NCBI GenBank assembly: GCA_037447605.1
Contig: CM074813.1
Coordinates: 868,001 to 932,000, forward strand
Reading direction: 5' to 3'
DNA length: 64,000 nt
Source: Zygnema circumcarinatum SAG 698-1b
Taxonomy: Eukaryota; Plantae; Zygnematophyceae
The notes under the pieces were generated by a model. It was not told the DNA's origin. It made no database searches and saw only the letters and a list, made by a program, of their open reading frames with translations. This document shows, piece after piece, positions 41,948-55,015 of this stretch. Position 1 is the first letter of the stretch; the number at the start of each line of letters is the position of its first letter. The position numbers and the translations under genes are program-made.

Positions 41948-44787
41948 TTCACTAACACAATCCTCCCTTAATTTTTCATTTTCTGTATTCCTCATTTTAG
42001 GCACGTACATTGTATGTGGTCCGAATCCGACCATCGACTCCTTCAACAGAACTTGGGCCTCCGACAGCTCCCTTTCGTATGGCCAAACTTATTCCGCAAG
42101 TTCGAATTTGTCAATTGAAGGAACTGACGATCCTCAAATATATCGGAGCATCCGCTACTTTGGATCCCAGTTTGGACCAGTCAACTCATACAATTTTCAG
42201 GTACGAATGACTCACTAATGGTCACTTACTAATGGTCAGGACTAACTAATAGCCGCTCTTTATACCCCTCTCTCCCTTCCTCTCTCCTTCTCTCTCGCTC
42301 TCTCTCGCTCTCTCTCTCTCTCTTTTTCTCTCTCTGTCTCCACCCCTGTGCACCCTCTCCCACCCCACAGTTTTCACCTTCTCTCGCCCGCTCCACCACT
42401 CCCTCTCTCCCTCTCCCCACCCTCTCTCTCCCGTTTTCCCTCCTTTTCTCACTCACACATTTTATGGCCCACAAACTTAAGACATCATCAAGACATCCGA
42501 AACCAAATTCATCCCCTTCACAACCCCAACTCTTCTAGTCTTAAAAGTAACTCCTAAAAGTAAAAGTAGTTAAAAGTAAAGTAAAAGTAATTTCTTAACC
42601 CCATTCCAAAAACCCTTCAATGCCAACCTTCACCACCCCTTAAAGCCTCCTAATTTGACCCTCTACATTTCTATGTTTCCCATTTTCCAGCTATCCTCGC
42701 CAGGCCAATATTGGCTCCGACTCCACTTTGCAGAAATTCTTTTTGCTTCGGCCGCTGCCCGATCCTTCAACGTCTATTTAAACCGCGTTCAAATCCTTAA
42801 AGAATTTCAGCTTCCGGAAATCAACGTAGCGGTTGTGAAGGAATTTTATTTGACCTTATCTCCGGAGGATTTAAATGTTTCAATTTCTTTCGAGCGCGGG
42901 CAGGCCGGCGACCCGATGATTAACGCGATTGAGATTATTCCGGCTACCGGGGTGTACGGAATTTCAAATGTGGGAAAAAGTGTTGTTTTAAAAACTCTGT
43001 ATAGGCTGGACGCGGGCAGCAATAAAAGTGTTGGTCCTGACCTGCACCTCAGAGTCTGGGAAGCAGACAGTGGGTACTATGAGCCCACAGCGAAAACCGG
43101 AGTCATTGCATCTAGCCAGACAGTGAGCTTTCTCTCTCTTTCTCTCTCGCTCTCTCTCGCTCTCTCTCTCTCACACTCTCCCTCTTCCCCGCCCCCCCCT
43201 CTCTCTCGCTCCCCCATTTGATCCAGTTTCCATGTGTGCAGCTTTCTACAGCAGATTCCGATGTAGACCCCCCTTCAAAAGTGATGTTGACTGCAAGAAA
43301 GACAAGTGCTTCCACCGAAAGTGCCGCCGTGTCTCTTTCGTACAGGTATGAAACCCAGTTGAAGTTGTATAGCTCTCCAGTTAAAAAGAATAATAGTTAA
43401 TAAATTAAACAGAACTCGAAGATAGATGAGTTGGATTTCTACCTTTGAGCGACAATTTTCAGTTTATCGTCTTGTCATTTTTTCTTTTTATGCAGCTTCA
43501 CGGTGGACCCTTTAAGTGCAATTTTACTCTTTCTCCACTTTGCGGAGCTGCAACCACATGTATACCGCCCATTGACCGTTCTCATCAATGGAAATTCGGA
43601 GTACGCAAAGTTCGATGTAGCCACAGAAGTCGGCCTCCTTACTACCTTCACATGGAGCTTCAATTCTTCCGCAATCAACGCAACCACTCTTAAGGTCCGC
43701 CATACTTTCTTCTGCCCGTACTCTCCTTCCTCTCTTCACCCACTCTCACACATTTCCCACCATCTTTTCCTAACTTAACATCATCCCAACTTTCCAATTT
43801 CAGGTGGAGATCCTTGCAACTCAACCCGGCAGCTCCCCCTTCCTGAACGCCCTCCAACTCCTCCAAATCGTGGACATGGAGAACCGGTCCCTGCCCTCCA
43901 CCTCCTCCCCCGCCCCCCTCCCCTTCTCCCCGCCCCCCGCCCCCTCCTCCCGCCGCCGCGAGTTCCTTCTGAGGGGCGGTCTCATCGGCGGCGCGGCGAC
44001 GCTCGCGCTCTGCGGACTGCTCGCCGCGCTCTTCCACCGCCGCGTGTGGGCCCTCTACTTGCACTGGCGCAAACAGCAGCTCGCGAGGATGGCAGGTGGG
44101 GGAAAGGGGAGGGGGTGGATCAAAGTGGGGGAAAGCCATGAACAAGTGAGCGGGCCGGGAATGAAAGAGAGACACAAAATTTGCTTTTTCTCGCTCTCCC
44201 TCCCTCCCTCCCGCCCTCCCTNNNNNNNNNNCTCTCCCTCCCTCCCTCCCTCCCTCCCTCCCTCGCTCCCTCCCTCTCTCCCTCCCTCCCTCCCCCGTGC
44301 TGACTGGGCCGTGGGCGCATGGCAGAGCGCGCGGCGCTATTGGAGGAGGCGAAGCGCGCGGGGCGGCGCGTGGGCAAGGGGTTGGGCGCGCGCGCGTTCA
44401 CACTGGCGGAACTGCGCGAGGCGACGGGCGGGTTCAGCCCCGAGGCCGTCCTGGGGAGGGGCGGCTTCGGGCAGGTCTACAAGTGGGGCCGCCCTCCCGC
44501 CGGCTTTGTTGGTGGACTGGGACGGGTGGGAGGGGGGGGTGGAGCAACGGGTGGTTTCTTACCCTCCGCAACCTTCGCGTTTTCAATGGCAGGGCCAATA
44601 TTGGAAATGGAGTGACTGCGGCCGTGAAGCGGTTAGAGATTGGATCCCATCAAGGGGAACATGAATTCTTGACAGAGGTATTCCTTTCTATCGCGGTTTA
44701 GCTTCAATCGCCTTTAGTACTTTTCTTAAATGAAATTACGCAGGCTATAAGTTCCCTGTCTCCCGCTTCCTCTCTCTTGCTCTCTCT

Positions 44788-44820
<33 letters not shown>

Positions 44821-46015
44821 NNNNNNNNNNCCCCCCCCCCCCCCCACCTCCCCCCACACACACCCCTCTCTCCCTCCCTCTCTCTCTCTTGCAGGTGGAG
44901 CTCCTCTCGCGCCTGCACCACCGCAACTTGGTGAACCTTCTCGGCTTCTGCGACGAGGACCGGCAGCTCATGCTCGTCTACGAGTACGCGGCGAATGGCA
45001 CGCTGCGCGACTATCTCAAAGGTTGTGCTGCGAACAATACCCACACAAGAGAAAATAATGTGGCGAGAGCGAATGTAAAATTATAACTTAACAAAATGAA
45101 ATGTAGTAAAACAGCCTAAGACAAAAGTAAAAGGGAAACGGATGTAGTTTGCATCTTGTCATCTTTTCAGTTCTTTGTTTGCGACTTTCGTGGTTGTTCT
45201 CCCCCTCGCTCCTTCATCCCTCACTCATATACTTTCCCCCCTTCCCCTCCCTCATCGGTTTGTTGGCCAGACTCGGAAAAAGCGCACCAGTTGGACTGGA
45301 ATACGCGAGTTCGAATCGCCCTCGGAGCCGCAAAAGGGATCGAATATCTCCACCGAGGGGCCGTACCCCCCGTCATTCACAGGTCACTTTCTATAACTAA
45401 TTACCTCCATTTTCGAAAAAAAAAAAAAAAAACCAATTTATTTCAAATAAAGATATGGTCTTGTGGCAGATAATACAGTCGATATACAATCTCAGCGAAT
45501 TTCATTGTTCTCCCCTCCCCCCACTTTTTTTCTTCTTGCAGAGATATCAAAAGCACCAACATTCTTCTCGACGAGCACCTTGAAGCGAGGGTATGAATAA
45601 ATTGAAACCAGAGATTTTTTAAGATCTTAGAGCTATTTTGTGTTTGCTCGGAAAGAAATCGACAGTAGATAATCAAATGCCATTTTGAAATATCTATGCA
45701 GTTAGATAATAATCTGATTGAATTATTTCTCCTTCCACCTTCCGTCATATCAGTAGTACTTTCCCTCCCTTTCCCTCCTTCATTAGGTTGCGGATTTCGG
45801 CCTCTCGCGATTGGCCAATCCGAAGGACGCAGGCAAAACCGCAAACATCACGCACATAACCACCGGCGTGAAGGGTACCCTCGGTGAGGTCCCCCCCCAC
45901 TAATAGTTTACGACTACCGCACTCAAAAAGCAAATTAAATTATTAATTAATTGCCCCCCCTGCAGATTACTTTTTGCGCCAAAAGCCCACAAGCAGTAAC
46001 ATGGACATGATGGCC

Positions 46016-46069
<54 letters not shown>

Positions 46070-47051
46070 AAGAGAAAGAGAAAGAGAGCGAAAGAGAGCG
46101 AAAGAGAGGGAGAGAGAGTGTGTATAACAATAACACGTCCGTTCCTCCCTCCCTCCCTCCCTCCCTCTCCCTCGCAGGGTACCTGGACCCGCTGTACTAC
46201 CGCAACCACCAGCTGACGGAGAAGAGCGACGTGTACAGCTTCGGCGTGGTCCTCCTGGAGGCCCTCTCCGGCCGCATGGCCATCTGGCGCGAGGCGCGCG
46301 GCCCGCCCTCCGCGGCGTACCGCCCCCCCGCGAACCCCTTCGAGGAGGAGGACGACGACGACAACGTCTCCAACCTCGTGGAGTGGGTCAGTGCGAGAGG
46401 GAGAGACAGAGAGGGGGGTGGGGAGGGAGGGAGGGAGAGGTTTGAAGTGCTTACTGCGCTTTTGTTTATCGGTGATTCGCTTTTCAATGTTGGGGTTGTT
46501 TCGTTTTGGAGCGTTCAGGCGCTGCCGGCAATAGAGGCCGGAGATGTGGCAAAGATTGCGGCGCCGGAGTTTGGGCAGACGCTGAAGAGGGACCTCGCCT
46601 CCATGTATGCTGTGGGGAAGCTGGCGAGCCGCTGCGTGCAGCTGCAGGTGGGAGCATCTCTCTCTCTCTCTCTCTCCCCCCTCCGCAACTCTATAGTCTG
46701 AAGAACCACCCTTCCATTGCAAAACTTCACTGCTCAACAAACGACTATTCTTTCCCGAGCCGTTTTCTTCAATCCAGTGAAATTCCTCGTGCTTACGTTT
46801 TCTGCATCGTGACAAGTATGCAGGCTCGAGATCGCCCCACCATGAGCGAAATTGTTCGAGAGCTCGAAGTTTGCTTGTCCGGGGAGGTGGAGCCGCTGGA
46901 CAGCTTCCTTTCAGACATTCCGTCAACGGCCACCTCCCAGTCGGCGGTTGAAGCGCCCCTCTCCCTCCTGCTCCCTCCCTCCACTGAGAGGTCCCACAGC
47001 CCGCAGGCCCCCCCGGAGGGAGCAGGCGCGGGGTACAGGGAGGACCCGTGA
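41409..47051 (+). CDS. Malectin-like-domain receptor-like kinase (signal peptide, tandem malectin-like ectodomain, TM, Ser/Thr kinase), CrRLK1L-like architecture
   Basis: Signal-like [17 protein letters not shown]. Ectodomain motifs [56 protein letters not shown] and [28 protein letters not shown]. Kinase motifs [54 protein letters not shown] and RPTM; about 16 exons. Confidence 0.95.
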
Positions 47052-47898
47052 TGGGGTTTGGTTTGAGGCACGCCATGTATCATGATTTGAGTCACTTAAT
47101 TTTTCGTCGCTCTCCCCCCTTCCTCCCTTACTCCCCTCCTGTTTTTTCTTAGGAGCGGGAGGGAGGGAGGGAGGGAGGGAGGGAGGGATAGGCGGAGGGG
47201 CGCCTTCTCTAAGGACAGTACTATTTTATTTGCTTTTGTCAATTGTCAGCAGTTTCTGGCATATAGGCGGTGGGATGTGGGTGTGAGCTGTAACAAGATG
47301 TTTTAGGTTGCGAACATTGCGTTGAGCATGGAAGGAAAAGCAATGTTTGCCGCAAAGGGAGGGACGTCGTACGTGGATGAGCATGTGAAACAACATGGTT
47401 CGTTCAACATTTCTCAAGTTTGTTTTCAAACATGTTCATTGTATGTGGAAGTGTTTTGGGAAGCTTGAATACGGAAAACATCCCAGAGGGGGATGCATAG
47501 AGGAGCCGATCCATGCGCCCGTTCAGTTACTGTTGAACTGCCACATGCCCTCTTCCAGTTCGAGAATGACCCATTTATAAAACTGACGTCGTACGGTCGC
47601 GCCCAGAGTCGACCCACGATGCCACGTCAGCTCAAGGATCCATGCAACAGAATCGAGCTGCACCACGTCGGATGGCGCGTTTTACGGGAAATATGCGAAA
47701 GGTTTCATGGAAGCCACAATCTCCAGTCAGCGTCGGCCTACGTGGTCGCCAGTCATGGGTTGCGCCCTAGCGCGGCGGTCGCGTCGGGTCGTTCAACGGA
47801 TTCTTGACGTTCACGTGGCATCTCGCTATTGGATAAGACTTTCAAGTTTTTTTTTTTCTTGGCACCGCCTCGCCAAACTCTATTTTCCAAAAAATAAA

Positions 47899-48580
47899 AA
47901 AGAACTATATACCGCCCCCTTTTATGGTTACCCCGCCCCTGTTTTCTTTTTTTGAAATCCTATCCTCCCATTTTGGCTATTCTGTCCCCTGTTTTGGGAT
48001 ATCCCGCCCCCCTGCTCTGGATATTTCCCCCCCCCCTTGTTTCCTCCTCACACAAAAGCGCAGCGTCCTTACAGACATTCACAGAAAGAGAGAGAGAGCA
48101 GAGGAGAGAGCAAAGGAGAGAGAGACAGTGAGCAGAGGAGAGAAAGACTAAAGGAGAGAGAGCAGAGGAGAGAGAGCAAAGGAGAGAGAGCAGAGGAGAG
48201 AGAGCAAAGGAGAGAGAGAAGAGGAGAGGGAGCAAAGGAGAGAGAGAGCAAAGGAGAGACCTCTATCCTCGTAATCCCCCCCGCTAAAGCATTGCAGGTA
48301 GAGTCAGCGGCTATCGCTATGCTTCCCGATTTTGATGTGAAATTCTTCCTGCTTGTAGTGCTTGGTCATGACTTGTACAAGCTCATCGCGAGTCTTATAC
48401 TCAGTCATTTGTGTGGAAATTGCAAACCAGGAAGAGGAGGGGAGGGGAGGGGAGGGGAGGGGAGAGGACGGGAGGGGCGGGAAAAAGATTCCCTCCCGAA
48501 ACATTCAAAATGGGAGGGGGGGGGAATAGCCAAAATGGGAGGGTGGGATAACCAAAAAAGGGGGGGGTATATAGTACTCC
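47899..48580 (-). mobile_element. Non-autonomous Mutator-like element carrying a decayed transposase N-terminus
   Basis: Imperfect TIRs (AAAGAACTATATACCGCCCCCTTTT / ..GGGGGGGTATATAGTACTCC) and a candidate 9-bp TSD AAAAATAAA/ACAAATAAT (7/9). The minus-strand relic at 48408-48262 reads MTEYKTRDELVQVMTKHYKQEEFHIKIGKHSDSR*LYLQCFSGGDYEDR. Confidence 0.8.
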
Positions 48581-48788
48581 ACAAATAATAAGAAAAAAAT
48601 ACCAGCGTGGCCGACACGTAAGCGCCACGTCATCGAAATGTCGGCGAATCGTGCCCTAGCGAAACCCGGAAACGCGGCGGACCGTTCCATGGACGCACGC
48701 CCGCAGATTGGACAGAAGGGAACTGAGATTGCTCATGAAACCCGCCCGCGCTCGAGGCGAAGCACCGCGGTCGGGCCCTCGCAATCGG

Positions 48789-48990
48789 TTGTGTCCAACG
48801 TTTGGTCGCCAGTTCAACAGTTGGTTGCGAGTTCAACGCTTAATTACCAGTTCAACGGTTGATTGCCAGTTCAATGATTGGTTGCCACTTCAACGGTTAG
48901 TTTCCAGTTCAACGGTTGGTTGCCATGTCGACGCTTGGCTGCCAGTTCAACGGCTGGTTGCCGGTCCAACGCTTGCTGCCAACCATTGCC
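48789..48990. repeat. Tandem array of about 10 diverged 19-bp units (consensus GCCAGTTCAACGGTTGGTT)
   Basis: Units are directly visible head-to-tail without spacers. Confidence 0.9.
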
Positions 48991-49532
48991 ATGGCGTCAG
49001 TTCGGCGCCTCCTAACAAGGCCAGCATGCGCTATGGTCCAAGTTCATTTCGTGCCCTTCCGCCTGCACTAACCCCCCGCTCGCCGTGAACCCTTCCGTCC
49101 CATCCTTCCAGACATCATAGCAAAACCTTTCATTATCAAGAATCAAATTTAATAAAAAATTCCTTACAAAGTGAAGGAACAAGGATGTTTCCGATATACT
49201 AGAGCCTAGCCCATTTGCTGTAGTTCGCAGAACGAATCGCACCATCCGCAAATGACTACAACCGCACACCTGAAACCATACACATAAGAAAGCCGCCTCA
49301 CAAAGAATCGTAAAGCATAGCTTCTCTGCAAGCGGTAAATTCACTCCTACGACAAGCTACTTAGTTAATCAATCTCTTTGACGAATCCTCAACCATGATC
49401 GCGCACTCCAATCTCTACAGTCCAATGCTAGGAACCACGAGGAAGTGTTCGAGAACAGCAGCATGTCCACGGAGAGAACAGAACCCTCTCCGTGGACAGG
49501 CTGCCCAGATTCAATGAATCTCCATTCACTTT

Positions 49533-52500
49533 CTATGCTAGAGTCTCAGGCATCGGCGGAAGACCGGCCTTAGCTTTAGCCCCGGAGAACACAGAGCGTC
49601 CAACTGTGGCTGAAGCCGCTTCCAAGGCGCGCACAACCTCGCTCATAGTAGGACGGTCCTTCGGCTGTAGGACACATAACAAACATACAACAAACCATCA
49701 CATACACAAACAGAAAAACGGCGCCTTAAGTACATGGTCACATTTATGCACTATGATTTGACCTTTCAACGAGTTCAACCAGTTTATGGTATGATCTGTC
49801 CTCTTTAATGTTGCTCATACGATGAGGGCGATGCTGACCTGAGTCTCGACACAGAGCGTGGCGAGCTCTGTGACGGCCTTGAAGCTCGGCAGAAGGTGCG
49901 CCGGCAGGTTCTGCAGCTGCGGGGCGGCGGCCTTCATGGCCTGGTTGCTCTTGAAGAGTGGCAGCGCCTGCACACCAAAGTCACTCAAACACACATCAGG
50001 AATCACAAAAAAAAAAAAAAAAACGTCACAGCTCCTCTCTGCTTCTCTCACCTCTCTCTCCCTCTCCCTCTCTCTCCCTCTCTCCGCCTTACCCATTCCA
50101 CGAGCACGTTGATGCGGTCCTGCCCGTCCGTGCTCTCAAAGAGCGGCTCGTTGAAGGTGGAGGACTCGTCGGCGGGGCTCTCCCGCGCGGCGGCCTCGAG
50201 CCAAATGGGCAGGCGGCCGGTGACGACCTCCAGGAGGACCACGCCGAAGCTGTACACGTCACTCTTCTCTGTCAGGCGGCGCGTCTTGAAGTACTGGGGG
50301 TCGAGGTAGCCTGTTGCCCGGACAAGGGGACAAGGGGAGGTTGAATGGGGGAGGAATGGGTTAGTTCTGGAGTCTGTCGGAATTGGTCATTGGTTTGGTT
50401 ATTGCTTGATCAAAGTTATTTTTAAAATTTTCGCACAAGGAGGTTTGAAGTTACTGTTTGGAGTGCGGGTTTAAGCTCACCCATGGTGCCTCGAACGGCG
50501 GTCGAGATGTGGGTGATCTCAGGCTTCATGATGTCTTTGCCCAACTTGGAGAGTCCGAAATCCGCAACCTGGAAGGAGGGTGGAGTAAGTTGGTTCGAAA
50601 TAACTTTTCTATAATTCACGTACCAAAAGAAGGATAAAAGAGGTAAAGCCTATGAAAATTTTGAAACGGCATGCTTAAAATGAGATAGCAGCCTTATTAC
50701 CTTGGCATCAAGGCAGCTCTCGAGCAGAATGTTCGAGGTCTTGAGATCCCTGTCTCACACAGAACGCCAGTTAAAACGTTAACATGAAATTTAGAAGTAA
50801 TTCAATGTAAAGAAACGCAGTGGAAAAAAAAAGGGATACGCCCATTTGAGGGTCGTTTGAAATTTGACCAAAATAAACAAAGTATTTATTGTAAGTACCT
50901 GTGAATGACAGGAGGTGTGGCACCCTGGTGAAGGTATTCCACTCCCCGGGCAGCTCCCAGCAAAATTCGAAGGCGGGCAGCCCATCCAAGCGCGTTCGCC
51001 TTCTCCTCATCTGCATGCGGTTGACGGAGCTTTCATTGGGGCCTGAGAGGGAGGGAAAGAAAGAAAGGAAAGGAAGAAAGAGGGAGAAAAGATGAAAGAG
51101 TGGAGAGCGGGGGTAGTGAGTTAGGGAGAGATAGAGAGAGAGAGGCGCGCCTGCAAGATACTCTCGCAGAGTTCCGTTCGGTACAAACTCGTACACGAGC
51201 ATGAGCTGCTTGTCCTCCTCACAGTACCCGATGAGGTTGACGAGGTTGCGATGGTGCAGCCGGGAGAGCAGCTCCACCTGCTCACTCAGACTCGCGAGAT
51301 GTTTTTAATTTATAAGTAATGGCATAATATCACTCTCACAGTCAAACGCATTGGGATAGTTTGAGGAAGTTTTACAAGCCGTACGCTATGTACCGGGGTG
51401 GCACTATCGTACCTCCGTAAGGAATTCCTTCTCTCCCTGCTCCGATTCTAAAGAAAGTCGCTTCACCGCCACGTCGGTCCCATTCGAAAGGCTTGCCCTG
51501 CTCCAGCCATTGTGTGCACCTTATCATTGCGTGACTCTAAATTTGAAATGAAACGTCAAAATTGCAAGAGAAAATTCACAATTTAGATATTTGGGTGGGA
51601 ATCAGTACTTGTACACCATGCCGAAGCCTCCCTTTCCAACGACATTCTCGACGCTGAAGTTGTTCGTGGCCTGCTTTAGCTCCTTGAATGTGAAGGACTT
51701 AGCGCCGAGAGATCCGCTGAACCGGCTCGCATGGCCGACCTCATGGCCAAACTCTACACACTCTCACGACAGAGAAAATGTCAGAATTTGGCCTCTCTAT
51801 CGCTCTCTCTCTCTCCCCATCTATTTCTCTCACTGCGTTCCTCTCTTTTTTTTTGCTCCTTCCCCCAATTACACCCCACATGTCTCGACTACACCCAACA
51901 CAGCATCTCACAGCAAAATCCAGTGGCAAGGTCAGTCCACAGCACAGAGTATGACACGTGGAGATTCTCGGATTCGAGAAGCATTTCATTAATAAGTAGG
52001 TCAATACAGCAGGATATACTAAAAAGCAATTGCTCCGAAAGCCCCTGAGGGGTACTCCACGTCCTATCGTGTCCATCTGCCGCTCCTCTACATGCCCCAT
52101 CATCATCTCCTCAATGCTGATGTCTCCCGCATGTAGCGCAGTCGTCTCCATTCAGTCTCACTCTCTCCCTCTGTCTCTCTTCCTCCCCCTATCTCTCTCC
52201 CTCTGTCCACTTTCTCTCTCTCTCTCAATCCTTTTCCTCATTTCTGGCACTCTTCCTCGCAGTCTCCCTCATCCCTCTCACAATCTCTTACCACTCTCTC
52301 ACTTTCTCCCACTCTTTTCTCATAATCGCCCTCATCCCTCTTCCTCCTTCTCTCCCTCCCTCTCACACTCACCTCCCGCCTTCTCATAATCCTCGTGAAA
52401 CTGGCCCTTCCAAATGCCGCCGTTGGCCTCCAGGTCCGCCCCCTTAACAGCTTTCGGTTTCCAGAACTTCAACATAATGAGGGCGGCCAAAGCCACAAGC

Positions 52501-54811
52501 ACCAATGTGGACGCAGCGCCGATAGCCGCACCCTCCCAAGCCGCCCACTTGTCGCGCGAGCCCTTCTGGGCGCCCACTTCGGAGGGCGTCTGAGGAATCG
52601 CCGCAGGCGGAGGTGTGCCCGCAATGGGGTACACCTGCTGAGTGCCGTCAAGGATGGCAAGTGTACGGAACATCTCCAGCCCATTCAGGAATGCGCGGCT
52701 GAAAAAATCGGCCGGTGTGGTAACGAGGACCTGCGGACAAGAGAGAGGGCAATCACCTTTCAGAGTCCCATTTTTCGTTTTTTTTACATTTGCATTCTTT
52801 TCAGCGGAGAGTGGGAGGCAGTATGAGGAAGGGCTGAGAGTGCGAGTGAGAGGGCGAATGGGGTGGGTGTTTGGGTGCGGGAGGTGAGGTGAAGAGTGAG
52901 GCCAATAGAATGGGGGAGAGAGAGATGAGGAGGTAAAAAATAGGTAACAGAGCGGAGAGAGAGGGAAAGATTCAAGAGAATAAAAAAACGAGAGAGAGTG
53001 AGAGAGAGACCGAGAGTTCCTCAATTGTCGGAGTGATCGCAACGTCCAGAACAAAAGCCTTCATATCGCCGTATTCCGTAATATCGAAACTGTCCAAAAA
53101 GGTCACATTGTTCACAACAACAGTGATGGGGGTGTTGTTGGCAAAGTCGATGAGCGCAAAGTGCAGGCGGAGGCGGTACATTGTGTTCGGAATCGCGGGC
53201 AGACTGCAGGGGACATGGCCAACTTGTGGAGGGCGGTCAGATTAACTGAATTGAAACTGAGGCGAAGTATGCGAATTGAGAGTGAAGTTAAAAAAAAAGA
53301 ATCCTGCCACATTTAAAAACGAATGCGGAGAGAAAGAAGAGGAAGGAGTGACACGGAGATGGACCAAACAGAGGAAGGAAGGTAAGATAAATTGAAGGGA
53401 AGGGCCGGGATGGGGACAGGGTGAAAAGGGGGTTTCGTACGCGTAAAGGAGCGACGCATATGCTTCCACCAATTGGGTCGCATATGACCGCCGCATGGAG
53501 TGGTACATCAGCGTCGGAAGGTACTCAGGGGCCTTTTCTGTGCCGCTGATAACTACCTGCCAATCAGACATAACATATCCACAACAACTGTATCAGCATT
53601 ACGAGTCTTCAACGTCCTACAAAGTGAAAAATAAATCGAACAAAAACGAACGCCATGAACATATTTGATATTACAGTCTCGCTTCATTTTCAAGCTAACC
53701 ATAGGACTAATGAAAAGCAACTCCAGATACAAGACTTCCAACTTTCATTCAACGATGAACTCATCATCCATGCAGCACTCACGATATCATTAATTTATTT
53801 TGGGGATGTATAAAACGCCTTTACCTTATCATCAACTGGGTAGTTCCTGAAGTCAGCCACTTCGGTGGTTGTGTCGAAGTACTGAAGATCGCTGGTCCAC
53901 ATTCGACCCATGCTGTCCGGCCAGTAGGTCTCGTCCGTCCCGCAGTTGAGTCCGAGCTCGCGTTCCCAGAACACAGTTCCGTTGGTGTTCAGATCCAACC
54001 ATGGGTACAGTTTTTCCGCTGGCTCGACAGAGATTGCGCTCACAATAGGGTCTCCCACGGGGCCCCGCACAAGGCTGATGTTCAGTGTTCCTTGGAGAAT
54101 GGGAACGTGGAACTCCTTCACTATGGCACTTTCCACCTTTTCTATGGTGAAGTTCTGCAACGCATTACGGTCCTGAATCCAAACGGAGAACATTCGAGCC
54201 GTTGGGGTCTGGTAAAGAATCTCCGCAAAGTACAGGCGAACGATGTAGTACCCGGCCGTTTCCACCTGTTAAAGAACCAACGAGAGTGAGGGATACGCTT
54301 CATATGAAACCCCAGAACCCAAAAAATCTGAGATAAAGTTGCAAAATTGAAACCCTAGATGTAATTGGTTTAATTGCATGACGGCGGCTTTGACTCACAG
54401 ATAAGCTGTATGTGTTCACTCCGGGAGTCGCGGGTCCGAAGTACCGCGCGCTTCGGAAGATGGCTGTTCCATCTCCCTCCGTTCCGTAAATTACCGACGA
54501 GTTGCCTTGGAGGTAGGTCTCTCCTCCCAGTGCGAGGCTATCATCGGAGCTCCATGTCACTCCGTTGAACTCAACTTCGGGGCCTCCGCAGTTGATGTAA
54601 ATGGCTGCGGGAACGGGCACGCATGCGCGAATTAGCATAGAGAGGCAGATTTCCAGGTTTTCAGATTTCTATCTTCTTCTTTTTTCTTCATTTCTTATTT
54701 TTTTAATTTTCTCAAGTAGTGTCCTCTACCTGCGGAGCCCGTGGCAGCCCGGACCGCCCCCGCGAGAAGGAGCAACGAGGCAATGACAAGCGTTGGAGTC
54801 GTCCCCGCCAT
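49533..54811 (-). CDS. Malectin-like-domain receptor-like kinase, paralog of the gene at 41409-47051
   Basis: Signal peptide [22 protein letters not shown]. Ectodomain motifs [54 protein letters not shown] and [29 protein letters not shown]. Kinase motifs [53 protein letters not shown] and RPTM; stop at 49533-49535. Confidence 0.95.
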
Positions 54812-55015
54812 CTTCCCCGCAGTATCACTCCCAAATTGCAGTTTGTGAATGGTCAGAAGCTGCGAGAGGAGAGAGAACAAGGGAGAGAGGCAGGAGGCGG
54901 CGCGCTCGCAAAGGCTCTCTTCAAGCTCGCTTGCTGTCTCCCTCCCCCTCCCCGCGCTATATATGGCGCGGGGCGGCCTCGCCGTACGGTCCCTAGCGGA
55001 GGGGGCAACCGCTGT

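Noticed and set aside
48789-48990. Possible CRISPR array
   Set aside because: The units are contiguous with no unique spacers, the context is eukaryotic, and there are no cas genes.
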